From assembly GCF_004010195.1 (NCBI RefSeq), contig NC_057751.1:12540908-12604907 (forward strand): 64,000 bases of DNA, in the 5' to 3' direction. This document shows positions 37,714 to 50,100 of the stretch, piece by piece. The DNA comes from Chiloscyllium plagiosum (Eukaryota). Position 1 is the first letter of the stretch; each line of letters opens with the position of its first letter. Under the pieces are notes generated by a model. It saw nothing but the letters and a program-made list of their open reading frames with translations, had not been told where the DNA came from and did no database searches. The position numbers and the translations under genes are program-made.

Positions 37714-39494
37714 CCCAGTTTCTAATTACTAGTCCTACTTCTGCACTTGGAAACCATCAGTTAGCCAAAGTACAAGTTCATCCACATCATTCATAATTGC
37801 ATTGAAATTTATGTCTCAGAACTGGTTTCGAACAGTTTACTATCCTTAGCATTAGAGTACCTTTCCTCTTCCCTATGAGAGCAGCAATTTAACACTGTGA
37901 CCTGTCGAAGCTGATTGATCAGCCACCCAGGAAAACAGTTTCTTATTATGTCACAAGTAAGCCAAAATCTGCTGAAGTCCAAATGATCTCACTTCACATT
38001 GCCTGAGATTTTAATTCCCTTTTGCCTTTAAATGTCTTAATTCCCATACAGTTAACACTTGCTGGCTTGAATTAGTTATTTTGGTTATCTCTCTGCATCC
38101 TGACCAAATGGAACCCATATTGAGTTGTTTTCACTGCCTGCTCACATCACTCCCCCAAAAGGCAGATGCCATGTTTGTTGGTGCCTTTTACTCTGGCATG
38201 AAGTACATCATGTACATTCCCAGTCACAAGCCATCTAGATGTTTCTGATCCCTGGCAGCATGATGGTGCAGATGCAGCACTGTGGCATGGTGCTCTGGAT
38301 ATCAGCCTACATTTTGTGCTGAAGTCTGCAGAAAGGAAGGGGTGAGACCCATGGTTTTCACTGGCACATGAATGTTATGTTTTTGCCTCGGCTTCGTTAC
38401 CCTCACCGAACTGACTCTACAATCAAATGAGAATTAATGCAAAAAAAAGATTGAGTCAGTCTATTGCCCTTCTTGAACACTAGTCATCTGACCTTGAATA
38501 GGCCGCACTGCATTGTTACTGCAGTCCGTAATCAAGCCAGCTCAACTCACTCATCTAGTCGTCTCGGGTAATAAGCTGAGTGCTTATGAAAGGGTAAAGA
38601 CGGACGAGGTTTGGAGTGGAGTGAACAGTAGTGAAAGCTGCCAATGAAAAATGTGTGTATAATGACTAAAGCAGGACTGCCCGTCCACCCTCAATTGCTT
38701 GTAACAAAATACACTGACTTCTGTCTGCACTGCTCAGAAAATTGCGTGCACAATCCTTAACCTATCAGCCTGACTGACAGCTCAAAAGAGCCTCTTTGCC
38801 TTTCACTCACAATGAAGACAGTCAGGACAAGAGTCAGGGTTAGAGATGCACGAAATATAGAGGCTGCATTGAGTCAACGCTCAGACGACATGATAGCACC
38901 CCAGATCAATCAGCAGTCGTGGAATTGGAAAATGCTCCGCGGTTTCAAATTGGTTTTTCTCTGTGAGCACAGTTTTCTCAAGCACTTGGCTGACACTGGT
39001 GGGAAACCGGAGAGCTTCCTCACATCTTTGCATGATTAAGACAACCACCATCCTCCTCTGGAACAGCAGAACCCCCATGTGTAAGAACATGTTGTAAATA
39101 AAGGATATGTATTGAGTTTCTTGTTGGATTCCATATTGCATTTAGCAAACATATACAAGAGGTTTTATTTGTAAACAAACTCGATTGGTGTCGTCTCGAT
39201 GCAGTTCATTTCTTCCTTTTTCCTTGACAGCATTTGTGGAAAAAATAAGTACAGGGCGTGATCTTGTGCTCTATGCCTGTCAGGTCACATAAGCAACACT
39301 TGCAATCACTGCTGGTCGAGTGAAGTTCAGGTGAAAATGAGAAGACACACTCCTGTCTCTAGTCAGTCAAGACACTCAGTGAACAGTCCCATGCGCTTTG
39401 GGGTCTCCTTGTAATTTGCAGTCAAATGGTTTTTATTCCAGCCCGTGGGTGTTACAAATCAGCTGGAATGCTGTCGTTTGCAGTTACACAGTTA

Positions 39495-40470
39495 CTTTGT
39501 AGGCTGTGTTTCTTGCCATCATCCCACTGAATCTGCTCTCTATTCCAACTTGGCTGATATGTTTCTGAGCCCCATTCTCCAGCCTTCTCCTAGTAACCCC
39601 CTCACAAATCAAGATCCAACCTATCTCTGTCTTAAATACACTGGATGACTTGGCCTCCACAGCCATCTGTAGCAATGAGTTCCACAGATTCCCTACCCTC
39701 AGGCTGATGAAATTCCTCCTCATCTCAGTTGTACAGGGTCCTTCCTGCTCTCTGAGGCTGTCCCCTCGGGTCTTTGTCTCTCCTATGAGTGAAAAGGTCT
39801 TCTCCACATTCACTCCATCCCAGGCCTCTCAATATTCTACAAGTTTCAATTGGATCACCCTTAATCTTTCTAAACTCCATCCAGTACAGACCCAGAGTTC
39901 TGATATGACAAGCCCTCATCCCCTGGATCATTCTTGTAAATCTTCACAGGATCCCCTCCAAGTTCTGCATATCCTTCCTTCCATACTAGGTCCAAAACTG
40001 CTCACAATATTCCAAATGCCATCTGACCAGAGCCTTGTACAGCCTCAGCAGTACATTCCTATTCTTGTATTCTAGCCCTCTTGAAATGAATACAAACATT
40101 GCACTTACCTTCCTAACTGACCATTAAACCTACATGTTAACATTAAGAAAATCCTGAACTAGGAATGTTAAGTCTCTTTCTGCTTCTGATTTCTTCAGCA
40201 TTCTTTCCCATTTAGAAAATAATCTACACGTTTCTTCCTATCAAAGTGCACAACCTCACACCTTCCCACATTATATTCCATCTCCCATTTCCTTGCCCAC
40301 TTTACTAGCCTGTCCAAGTCTTTCTGCAGTCTCCCAACCTGTCCTTCCACCTATCCTGTGTCATCGGCAAACTTAGCATCTCTGTCCTCCGTTCCTTCGT
40401 CCAGATAACTAATATATAATGTGAATAGCTATGGTCCCAACATGCAGAACTCCAGTAGTCACCAGCCACC
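39495..40470 (-). mobile_element. CR1-clade LINE 3' portion (related to the 22718-23482 subfamily)
   Basis: Minus-strand translations LGLYWMEFRKIKGDPIET.RIL.G and F.LIGETKTRG.SL...EMRRNF.S.RV.NLWNSL. Confidence 0.85.
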
Positions 40471-41041
40471 AACCTCTCACTTAACCCACTTAAAATACAT
40501 TTTCCTGAAACAAGACACAGAGGAATTGGACTTGAGCAAGTCAGCAAGTGAAGCCAGCACAAAAACCAATGGATTCCAACTGCTGGACGGAATGACAACA
40601 GGGGTGGACTGTTTTAATGAAAACCAGGAGAAACGGGCATGTTTCTTTGTAATGAAAACCTGATCACAAAATGATCTTCTCAAAAGTCCTGTCTGGAAGC
40701 AGTGCATTCTTCTGATTACAAGTTGCTCATTAATTACGGAGGGAGGTTTTCTTTTGTTCTAAATTTGCCTTGATTATCCATCTGCTTGTGAAAACAGATG
40801 GGCAGCCCATGAAAGAAGCAACAAAACTCTTGAAAGTTTAGGAAGAAGTTCCAACAGAATCTTAATCCTGGAGAGATAGTACAGGGACTATCTGACTGGA
40901 AGGATCTCCTGAATGGAATGAAGCTGGAAAATGACAACACACCGGAAACCTTTTGGGAAGCTGTCACATGTTTCTGATGTGTCTCTGGGCTGGAATACTG
41001 TATTCAATCATATATGTTGGTCAGGTATCAGGCTTGGTCAG

Positions 41042-41138
41042 AATCGAAGAGCGTAGCATTGGAAAAGCACAGCAGGCCAGGCAGCATCTGAGGAGCAGGA
41101 GAGTCGACATTTCGGGCATAAGTCCTTCATCAGGAATG
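41042..41138 (-). mobile_element. Solo ~97-bp Penelope pLTR fragment with 12-bp TSD AGGCTTGGTCAG
   Basis: Matches 44052-44150; TSD 41030-41041 / 41139-41150. Confidence 0.85.
41104..41135 (-). ncRNA. Minimal hammerhead motif, slightly decayed
   Basis: Minus strand TC-CTGATGA-A-GGAC-TTAT-GCCC-GAA-ATGT-C-GA. Confidence 0.62.
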
Positions 41139-44113
41139 AGGCTTGGTCAGTCATGTTTGTGATATTGCAATGTGCAAAGTTGTATTTCTGTGAGCTTCCT
41201 TTGACTGCTCGTTAAAGGGATCCCCGAAGTTTTCCAAACATACCTTGGTGGAGTGGCTTATTCCCATTTAGTTCATGTTGAGTCACACTGCTGATGCCTT
41301 TCGAGCAACATGTTTCCCTCTCTGCATTCTTCCAACAACGGGACCTCCTGGTGAAATGGCCTCGCATCTCTAACTCCTGCCCTCCAGGTTCTTCCTTTCT
41401 CAATTTTCCTCCTCCACTGTAACATCAAGGATGTGGTTGGAGTTCCATTCCCAAAGAGCTGAACTTGGAATAAGGTCAAAGTGTCAAGTCATTTTCATGG
41501 CACATCATGCACAGACTTTAGCAAGATGAAGCCCAGTGATAACGCCTCACTTTCCAATGTGTCAGCAAAGCTCCCACTCACATTCTTGCCAATGGTCACC
41601 ATTGCTGGAAGTTGAATAAAATCTATGCACCAACACCCAACTCAATATCACATGATGATTAACTCTCCCCGCGACTCCTCCACAGGGTTCTGTAGGTTTG
41701 CATCAAAACTCTCAATGAGCACGGGCCTTGATGAGCGCAGGGATAGCAGCATTCCAGAAGCTCAATGGCACAGAAGGAGAGCTTCATGAGTCCTTTCGGT
41801 ACTGGGGCCAAGAATGTGTCCCCTGCAACACTGCACTTGCAATGTTTGCAGCCCACAAGCTGCAGCTACTTTGTCAGCCCTGCCAGTCACTGAGGGCACC
41901 CAGATCAAAAGCATCAACATCTTGTGCTGACTTCATTGACTTCAGTCCCAGAATCAGTCGTGGTGTTCCCGATTGTCCTCAGACATCAGCCCCCTCTCCC
42001 ACCCCGGCTGAGAGAGGGAAAATGAGATCCCTCCTTGCTTTTGTCAGGGGGCAGGGGGAGAGTGGGTGGCTTTGAATTTGTAAGCTTCCCTTCAGCCCTG
42101 ATCATCTGCTGGTAGGTGATAAAGTAACTCAGATGGAGGTACCAGGGAGTGCCAAAAGAAAGAATGTGATGAACAATTTGTTCACTTAGCTTTCTGCTGT
42201 AAAAAAAGCAAGAAAGTCAGGCTGGGCATGCCTGTGAAGGTTGGGAGGTAGTCCATTTGGTTACTGGCCATTTAATAGCCTCTGGCTTGGTTCCACTGTC
42301 AGTCTTTTTTGAGAGATCAGAATAGGAACAACAACAAGTAAAAATCAGAACCTAAACAAAAAATGTGCCTCACTGTGGAATGTGCACAGATTGCTGCATC
42401 CTCTACAAGAAGAGGTTAAGCACTTCCATATTTAAAGACTGTGCGAACAAAAGTCTCTGGGAATAATTTTCCAAGAGCGTGCCGTTCCCTTAATATAGGA
42501 GCTACACTCCAGAACAGAAACAGTCCGGAGACTTACAAACTATGTGCCATAATTATGTATTAAATGTGAAAATAAGGCAAAGTCCAAGAAAAACATTCAA
42601 ACCTTATGAAAATAATAGTAAATCCCCTGATTAATACCAGAATAATATCTTAATACAATTATTATCATACTGTTTTGAAGTTAATTCTTGGACCATGGTG
42701 ACGTGCTTGTGTAATGTATATGTGTTCAGTTTTAGATCAATATCTTGCGGGGTTTCTTAAATTACCGGAAATGTTATTGCTGTTCCTATTGTTTTCATTT
42801 TTCAGTCCCTGTAAGACTGAGGTTAAATAACATTGGGATTAGGCAGCTCAGCCACATTATGTATCTTTTCACTACTAACTTAATTTGTTCTTCTGCAGGA
42901 GGTACCCAAGCATTCTTTCACAAAAATATACTTAAGTCATGATGTTTTGCAGAAGTCTGTTGTTGTAAAAACTTATAGAGCCCAAGAGGTTTTACACATG
43001 TTCCAGCTCCTCTGCCCCATCATATGTCATGGTGATTGAGAATTTTAGATTGTAGCCTTTCCCCACTGAGCCATTGAAGAAGCTGCCTCAAGCTTTAGTG
43101 CATCCCTCATCATGTCAACCTAGACATTGCCATGCGCCAGTCTGCAACATGCAGTCTTAGACAATTTTTTTTCCCTCATAACCAACAGGTTTTGAGCACA
43201 CTGAAGAATGTCTTTCACCAAGTTACAATCCACCAGGGTCAGTTGATGTTCACCTTGGTGCCTGTCCCCTGAACAGCACATAGAGGATAGGATTCTGAGT
43301 TCCAAAGTAGTACCTAACCCGAGAAAAAGCACTGAACCTCACTCCAGAGATTATTTGAAAAGGCACATTCCAGGAGGGCTGGCGGACAGAGCTTATTCCC
43401 CTGCAATCACAGCCCCCAAGTGTGCCTATGATTGTCTGCTTAAACGTTCTAGCTCTGAGCTGCTCTACCAGATGACTGCTGCTTTTTCTGGTCCTCTGCC
43501 ACTTTACCTCAGTGGTTTTCCTTACGTGATGTGTCATGGCAAAGGAATCTTTTTTTTCTTCATGTGGACATGTGTGTGGATGGAAAAAAAGAACTTAGTT
43601 TTGTGTCGTACTTTTCACAACTTCAGGATGTCTCAAAGGGCCACATAGCAAATAAAATCATTTTGCAATGTCATCACAGAATTGTTTTACTTCAGAAAGA
43701 AGCTATTTGGCCTATCCTGCCCGCACCAGCTCTCTGAGCTTAATTATTTAATACCCCCTTAAATACCTGACTTGAATAGTCTCCACCATACTGCCAGGCA
43801 TTCCATTCCAGACCCTAATCAGACGCTAAATACTGGCTTTTTTCCCCTCACACTTAGGATTTTTGAAAAACACCTTTAATCTGTGCTTTCTGGTTCTCGG
43901 CCTTCTTACATGCAGGATAAATTTTCCCTTGTCTAGTGTGTCCAGACTCTTCATGATTTCGAAACCTTTTCAGAGATCTGTCCTTCGCTTTCTTCTCTCA
44001 AAGAGAAATGGTTCCATCTTCTTTTATCTATACTCATGACTGAAATTTGTTAGTTGAAAAGTGTAGTGCTGGAAAAGCGCATCAGGCCAGGCAGCATCCA
44101 AGGAGCAGGAGAA

Positions 44114-44145
44114 TCGACGTTTCGGGCATAAGCCCTTCTTCAGGA
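44114..44145 (-). ncRNA. Minimal hammerhead ribozyme, intact core
   Basis: Minus strand TC-CTGAAGA-A-GGGC-TTAT-GCCC-GAA-ACGT-C-GA. Confidence 0.8.
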
Positions 44146-44156
44146 ATGAGGCTTAT

Positions 44157-44188
44157 TCCTGAAGAAGGGCTTGTGCCCGAAACGACGA
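44157..44188 (+). ncRNA. Minimal hammerhead motif with U16.1 mutated, likely inactive
   Basis: TC-CTGAAGA-A-GGGC-TTGT-GCCC-GAA-ACGA-C-GA. Confidence 0.6.
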
Positions 44189-46202
44189 TTCTCCTGCTCC
44201 TCAGATGCTGCCTGACCTGCTGCGCTTTTCCAGCACCACACTTTTCAACTCTGGTCTCCAGCATCTGCAGTCCTCACTTTCTCCTAACTGAAATTTGTTA
44301 TCCCAGGAATCATTCTTGTCAACCCCTTCTGCGCTCTCTCCAATGTATTCACATCCTACATAAGTGTAGGACTCAGAACTGTACCCAATAATGCAACTGA
44401 GGTTTTTTTTTAAATTCTGCTTTTGCAAATAGGATGGTGCTGGAAAATGGTGACTTTGCACACTTTTCACTCTGTGACAATAAAATCAAATTCTAAAACT
44501 CATGTTAAATACAAGTTCAGAATGCTCTTGTACTATCTTGCCTCATTAATGCATCCAAGAATACTGTATGTCTTGTGCTCTGTAAACCTGTTCTACCATA
44601 GTTATATGCTTTTGCATGTATAAACCCAGGTCTCTCTACTCCTGCTCACTTTTCAAATAGACTCAGTTATTTTATATTGACTTTCCATGTTCTTTTAAAC
44701 CAAAATGCGCCACTTCACACTTCTCTGCTTTGAACTTCATCTGCTACTTATCCGCATTGTCCTCCTCAAAGTGTACAATGCTCCTTATTTTTGAGTCATC
44801 CACAAACTGTGAAATTGTCCCATGCACACTGCGGTCTAGATCATTTACATGCATCAGTAAAAGCATGTGTTCCAATATTGCCCTGTGGAGAACTCCGCTA
44901 CAAAGCTTCCCCAGCCGAGAAAATACTCATGAAACATGACTTTCTTTTTTTCATCACTTAGCCAGTTTTTATCTGTGCTGCTAATGTCTTTTTCATTCCA
45001 TGATCTATAAGTTTCCTGACAGGTCTATCGTGTGGCACTTTATCAAATGCCTTTGGTCTGTCTATGTACATTACATCATCAGGATTTCAACAGCCTCACC
45101 TAGTCTCTCAGTTACCTCATCAAAAAACTCCAGCAAGTTTGTGAGACATGATTTTTTTCTGAACAAATTCATGCTAACTTTTCCAAATTAACCCATATTT
45201 TTCTGTGTGGTTATTAATTCTGTCCCAAATAATTGGTTCTCAAAGTTCTCCCGACTAACAAAGTTAAACTATTTGATTTGTAATCGTTGGGCCTCTACTT
45301 GCAAATCTTTTTGAACAAAACATAATATTTATTGTGGTCTTATTTGTAATTCTGTAGTCCTCTGACATCACCCCAATTCCAGGAAAGGTTGAAAGATTAT
45401 TGCCAGTGCCTCTGCAATTTCTGCTTTCACTTTTTTCAATGTTTTTGGATGCATTTCATCTGGTGCTTTATAAACCTTAAATACTGACAGTTTAGCCGAC
45501 ACCTCTTCATTAGCAATTTTAAGTTCTTCTAGTAGTTGAGTTCCCTCCTCCTTCGTCATGGCATGGCAGTAGCCACCTCACAGATAAAGACAGCTGCAAA
45601 CTATTCATTTAACGTTCTTTTCATGCCTCCCGTCTCTATGCACAAACCCCCCATATTTGGTCCTTAATTGACCTTACTTCTTTTTACCATCCTTTTCTTA
45701 TTGTTGTGCCTATAGAAGACTTTGGGATTTCTCTTTATGTTGAATCCCATAAAGCCACCTCATTTCTCTTCTTTACTTCTGAAGCGAGTCTCTTCCGAAG
45801 TTACTGTCTTCAGCATGGTACTTATTCCTTGACACCTATTCCAAGCATATTTTTCTTCTTTAATTTCGATCCCCATCTCATCCAGTCAGCTCTGGATTTA
45901 ATTGTCCTACCTTTTCCTTTCGAAGGGATATGTATTGACTTTGTCCAGTCCATCTCCTTTTTGAATTTAATCTGTTGCTCAATGAATGATTCTCTCACCA
46001 ACTGTTGGTCCTAGTCTATCTAGCCCAGCTTGGTGCTAGCTCGTTTGATGTCAGCTCTCCGCCAGTTTATTATTCATACTCAAGATGGCTCATTGTCATT
46101 TTCCACCAACGTCCTAACCCTATGATACAACGTTTATTGTCCCCTAAAAGAACTCCCACTGAGACATGATCAACATTGCCCGCTTCATTTCCTACAACCA
46201 GT

Positions 46203-46522
46203 TGAGGGCATCATTGGGTAGGCCAGCATTTATTGTCTATCCCTAATTGGCAGTTAAGATTCAGTACATTGCTGTGGGTTTGGAGTCACATTGAAGCCAG
46301 ACCAGGTGAGGATAGCAGTTTCCCCCCCTAAAGGATATTAGTGAACCAGGTGGGTTTTTCTGACAATTTTAAATGGTTATCAGTAGATTCTTAATTCCAG
46401 ATTTTGATTGAATTCAAATTCCACCGTAACTCATGTTGGGATTCGAACCTGGGTCCACAGAACATTACCTGGGTCTCTGGATTAACAGTCCAGCAATAAT
46501 ACCACTTATCCATCACCTCCCC
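46203..46522 (-). mobile_element. tRNA-derived SINE inserted in the old CR1
   Basis: Minus-strand head GGGAGGTGATGGATAAGTGGTA... with perfect B-box GGTTCGAATCC (46439-46449); 3' end resembles the tail of the 55545-56180 LINE family. Confidence 0.72.
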
Positions 46523-48013
46523 TTACTGACAGAAATTCTCTGAAAAACAATTGCCCTTTGTTGCCTGATGTACTATCCCTAATCCAATCTATCTTTGGGT
46601 AATTCAAATCCCCTTTTATTACTACACTGCAATGTTTGTCCCAATCTGTAATTTCCTTGTGGATTTGTTCCGGAACATCCTTCCCAATTCTGGGTGATCT
46701 ACAGATTACACTGAGCAATGACATTGCACAACTTTGTTGCTTTGCGTTAGACAAATTGATTCTCTACTTGAGCCTTCTGGTACATCTTCATTCCCCAATG
46801 TGATGTTATTGACAAAAGCCAAAGAAAATTGTGAGAAAACCATCACATTTCCTCTTTTCCATTGGATTCTGGTTCACAAACTTTGTGCCTTTTTGCCTAC
46901 TTTTTTAAGCAATTGATTTTGCTGAAAAGACTGTTTCTCTTATTCATCTTGGTGACCTATGTGTGAATGAATGAATGAACGTTTTCCTCATGCTAGTGAA
47001 TATGATCCTAATGATTTTTTTTTGTTTTCTTGTTCATTAATGAAATGTTGTACATATGTTTCTTTCTTCTTAGATAGAGATTACATTCAGCCATGAACCA
47101 CCCTAGAATTAAGTGACTTATGGAACAGCTATGTCCACGTACTGAGAATTAATGCTAAAAATGTAACTGCTGCATTCAGTCTGCATTATCCATCTGTGAG
47201 ACCAACATATGATTTGAGAGTGGATTGATTCACTTTCAATATTTGCATTAATGCTTTATGTATTGGAATAATGAGTTGTTTGTAAACACAGAGATTACTG
47301 TCAAGAGGCTCTGTTGCATTAAACTTGAGAATTTATTTTCCATCCTCAATGTAGCTTTTTACCATGCAATGAGGGCTTACAATATCACAACTGGGAACAG
47401 TGGTAGCAATCCCTTGAAGATCTAAATCCCTGATTTCTTATCCTTCATTTTGACCCAAGACACCTGTCAGAGAGCTAAATTATGTCCTGCTAAATAGATG
47501 TGGAGGAGGACGTTCCTGCAAACCTTACATCAGTGCAGCATAATGGACTTTAGAAAAACTTAGCAGATTGGATGAACTCCAGCACTTTCTGTGTAATCTG
47601 AGTGGTGAGATTCATTTGATAATTCTGTCACCTGAATTTCTAAATTCAGTTTCAGACTCCTTTTGTCAGCTCATTACTGGCAGTGGCTGTGGGGATAATG
47701 AGTCAAACCAGGAGATAGTATCTGCAGAAACATTAGAACCATTGTATAGTGTATTAATTTATCATCAGACTGGACTATCTTTTACACAGTATCTTATTTT
47801 ATCTGCCCTGTTCACTGCAAACTCCTCATATGCATTGATGTGCAGAAATTGTTATGGGAGCAGAAAGGGTAATTATTTTATGTTGTGGCAAGATCTCAAA
47901 ACAGAAATGAGATGAATGGCTAATTATTATGTTTATGGTACTGTACTTTGAGGGGAAAATGTTATTCAGACAACTGTCCTCTTTCTTGAAAAATGATAGG
48001 AAATCTTTGTCAC

Positions 48014-48197
48014 GGTTGAGGCTGGTACAATTACAGCATTTAAAAGGCATTTGGATGGCTATATGAATAGGAAGAGTTTAGAGGAATATAGGCCAAGTGC
48101 TGGCAAATGGGAATAGATTAATTCGGGATATCTGGTTGGCATGAATGAGTTGGACTGAAGGGTCTGTTTCTATGGTGTACATTTCTATGATTCTATC
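48014..48197 (+). mobile_element. Short CR1 3' end
   Basis: GAGGCTGGTACAATTACAGCATTTAAAAGGCATTTGGATGG...GAAGGGTCTGTTTC...TTCTATGATTCTAT. Confidence 0.9.
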
Positions 48198-48227
48198 TAC
48201 CTGTTTCAGACAGTTTGAACATTAGAT

Positions 48228-48452
48228 AAAAACCAAAGAACTGCAGATGCTGTAAATCAGAAACAAAAATAGAAATTGTTGGAAAAGGTCAGGAGATCTG
48301 GCAGCATTTATGAAGAGAAATCAGAGTTGAAGTTTCGGGTCGAGTGACCCTTCCTCAGAACAATTCAGAACCCGAAATATGAACTCTGATTTCTCTCCAC
48401 AGAGGCTGCCAGATTTTGTGAGCTTTTCCAGCAATTTTTAAGTTGGTTTTTG
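48228..48452. mobile_element. Penelope pLTR-derived fold-back element (family 3)
   Basis: Inverted arms (GGAAAAG.TCA..AGATCTGGCAGC...GAGAAATCAGAGTT...TTTCGGGT / ACCCGAAA...AACTCTGATTTCTC...GCTGCCAGA...GAGCTTTTCC). Confidence 0.75.
48326..48361 (-). ncRNA. Minimal hammerhead motif, stem III palindrome decayed
   Basis: Minus strand GTT-CTGAGGA-A-GGGTC-ACTC-GACCC-GAA-ACTT-C-AAC; stem I GTT/AAC. Confidence 0.7.
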
Positions 48453-48569
48453 CTCAGCTAGTGGTTCACCTTTGCCACAGAAATGCAGCACTGGTCCAGC
48501 TTACATGCTAAATTGCGGGATAAGATTTTCTCCCATAACCTTCTGACTCAGGCAATAATTTTTGTAATG

Positions 48570-48697
48570 TAGACACAGAAATTTCTGGAGAAAATCAGCA
48601 AGTCTGGCTTTTTGTTCTGAAGAAAGATTACTGTGTTTTCTTTCCCTTCACAGATGCTGCTGAGTTTCTCCAGCAATTTATGTTTTTGTTTCAGATC
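48570..48697. mobile_element. Older degenerate pLTR fold-back remnant
   Basis: CTGGAGAAA.TCAGCA / TGCTGAGTTTCTCCAG inverted pair around GTTCTGAAGAAAG. Confidence 0.5.
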
Positions 48698-48754
48698 TTT
48701 TGTTTTATTTAAGAATATTTTTGTCTTGGGTGGACTGTTGTAAAGGGGAACTGA

Positions 48755-48970
48755 GATAAAGTAATCGTAATCTAATATGGACCATAGGGCTGCTCTCTCA
48801 TTAGAGAGAGATTTCTGGTAGTGGTTTAACCTGAGGGTCACACTGCCTCAGGCAAGGGGAGAGGTGAACTAGGAGGATCCTTCATGGTAACTTTAGCCAA
48901 TACGGGAACTAAACTCACACTATTGGTCTTACTCTATATTGCAAACTAGCTAGCCAGCTAACTGAACTAA
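48755..48970 (-). mobile_element. tRNA-derived SINE (distinct family)
   Basis: Minus-strand head TTAGTTCAGTTAGCTGG...GTGTGAGTTTAGTTCCC (A/B-box-like) followed by body CCTCTCCCCTTGCCTGAGGC..TGTGACCCTCAGGTTAAACCAC. Confidence 0.55.
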
Positions 48971-49557
48971 TAGAACTGAGACAGCAGAGTGGTGTACTGA
49001 AGTTGGCTTTTTAAACAGGCATCTTTTGTCATTGATGAACGCGAGAGATTCCGAATAGCTTTGCATTCAGTTCTTCAGGCATCTTGTTGCAACTGCAAGC
49101 TCATTAGTGCATATTTGTTTCAATAGGATCTCTGGTTTTCTCCCTCAATCATGTTGCTGAGCTGCTACGCTTGTGTGTCTAATATCCCCCCACTTCAGCA
49201 ATATTGTTATTTATCGCTTCAATAAAACTGCTCATGACTTTGAAAGAACTTACACTTCGGTTGAAAGTTATAATTGCTCTTTGGGAACAGGGCTAATTTA
49301 TTACAGACCAAACCTTGTTACGTTTGATGGTAAATGTTCATTTCAAGGCTGGAAGTTGTCTAACTGTGATAAAAATAAAGTGAATCAAAGCATCTGCTGT
49401 GCACAAGTTGGCTCTACGTTAGTCAGCATATCCACAGTCAATACATTTCAAAAGTAATTCATTGGCTGTGGAGGATTTGGGAATATATTAAGATGTTATG
49501 CAAATTTGTTTCTGCTGTAACCACTGTTTACATGTCTGTGGGCGGAGAGTTCCTCTC

Positions 49558-50092
49558 TTAGAGTCATAGCGTCAAAAGAGATTTACAGCATGGAAACAGA
49601 CCCTTCAGTCTACCACGCCTCTGCCAACCAGATACCCTAGATTAATCAAGTCCCATTTGCCAGCATTTCACCCATATTCCTCTAAACCCTTCCTATTCAT
49701 ATAACCATCCTGATGCCTTTTACATGTTACAATTGTACCAGCCTACATCACTTCCTCTAACAGTTCATTCCAGACACGCACCACCCTCTGCATGAAAAAG
49801 TTGCCCCTTAGGACCTTTTCAAATCTTGCCCCTCTCGACTTACACTAATGCTCTTTCATTTTGAACTCCCCTGTTTGGTAAAAGACCTGGACTAATCACC
49901 CTATCCATGACCCTCATAAATTTATAAACCTTCATAGGGTCACCTTCAGCCTCTGACACTCCAGGGAAAGCAATCCCAGCCTATTTAGACTCTCCCGATA
50001 GTTCAAACCCTCCAAACCTGGCAACATCCTTGAAAATATTTTCTGAACCATTTCAAATTTAACAACATATTTCCTATAGCAAGGAGATCAAA
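49558..50092 (-). mobile_element. CR1 LINE 3' end, moderately diverged
   Basis: TAGAGTCATAG tail, then the reverse complement of the CR1 3'UTR and ORF2 C-terminus. Confidence 0.9.
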
Positions 50093-50100
50093 ACAGAATC

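Larger units (their letters stand above)
44053..44286. mobile_element. Penelope pLTR palindrome (99-bp arms around 44151) with 14-bp TSD ACTGAAATTTGTTA
   Basis: Arms 44052-44150 / 44152-44250; TSD 44039-44052 / 44287-44300. Confidence 0.92.
43672..46800 (-). mobile_element. Long, old CR1 LINE (APE endonuclease to 3' tail) interrupted by a PLE palindrome and a SINE
   Basis: Minus-strand SVICRSP...VVIKGDLNYPKIDW (APE) and KAPDEMHPKTLKKVKAEIAEALAIIFQ (RT N-terminus); CR1-like 3'UTR near 43675-43740. Confidence 0.8.

Noticed and set aside
40480..40940. Exon-like purine-rich stretch (FLKQDTEELDLSKS...)
   Set aside because: No clear splice sites or family resemblance
41200..42075. Moderately GC-rich segment, possible decayed DNA-transposon (Harbinger-like) remnant
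   Set aside because: No transposase or Myb/SANT motif or TIR could be read with confidence
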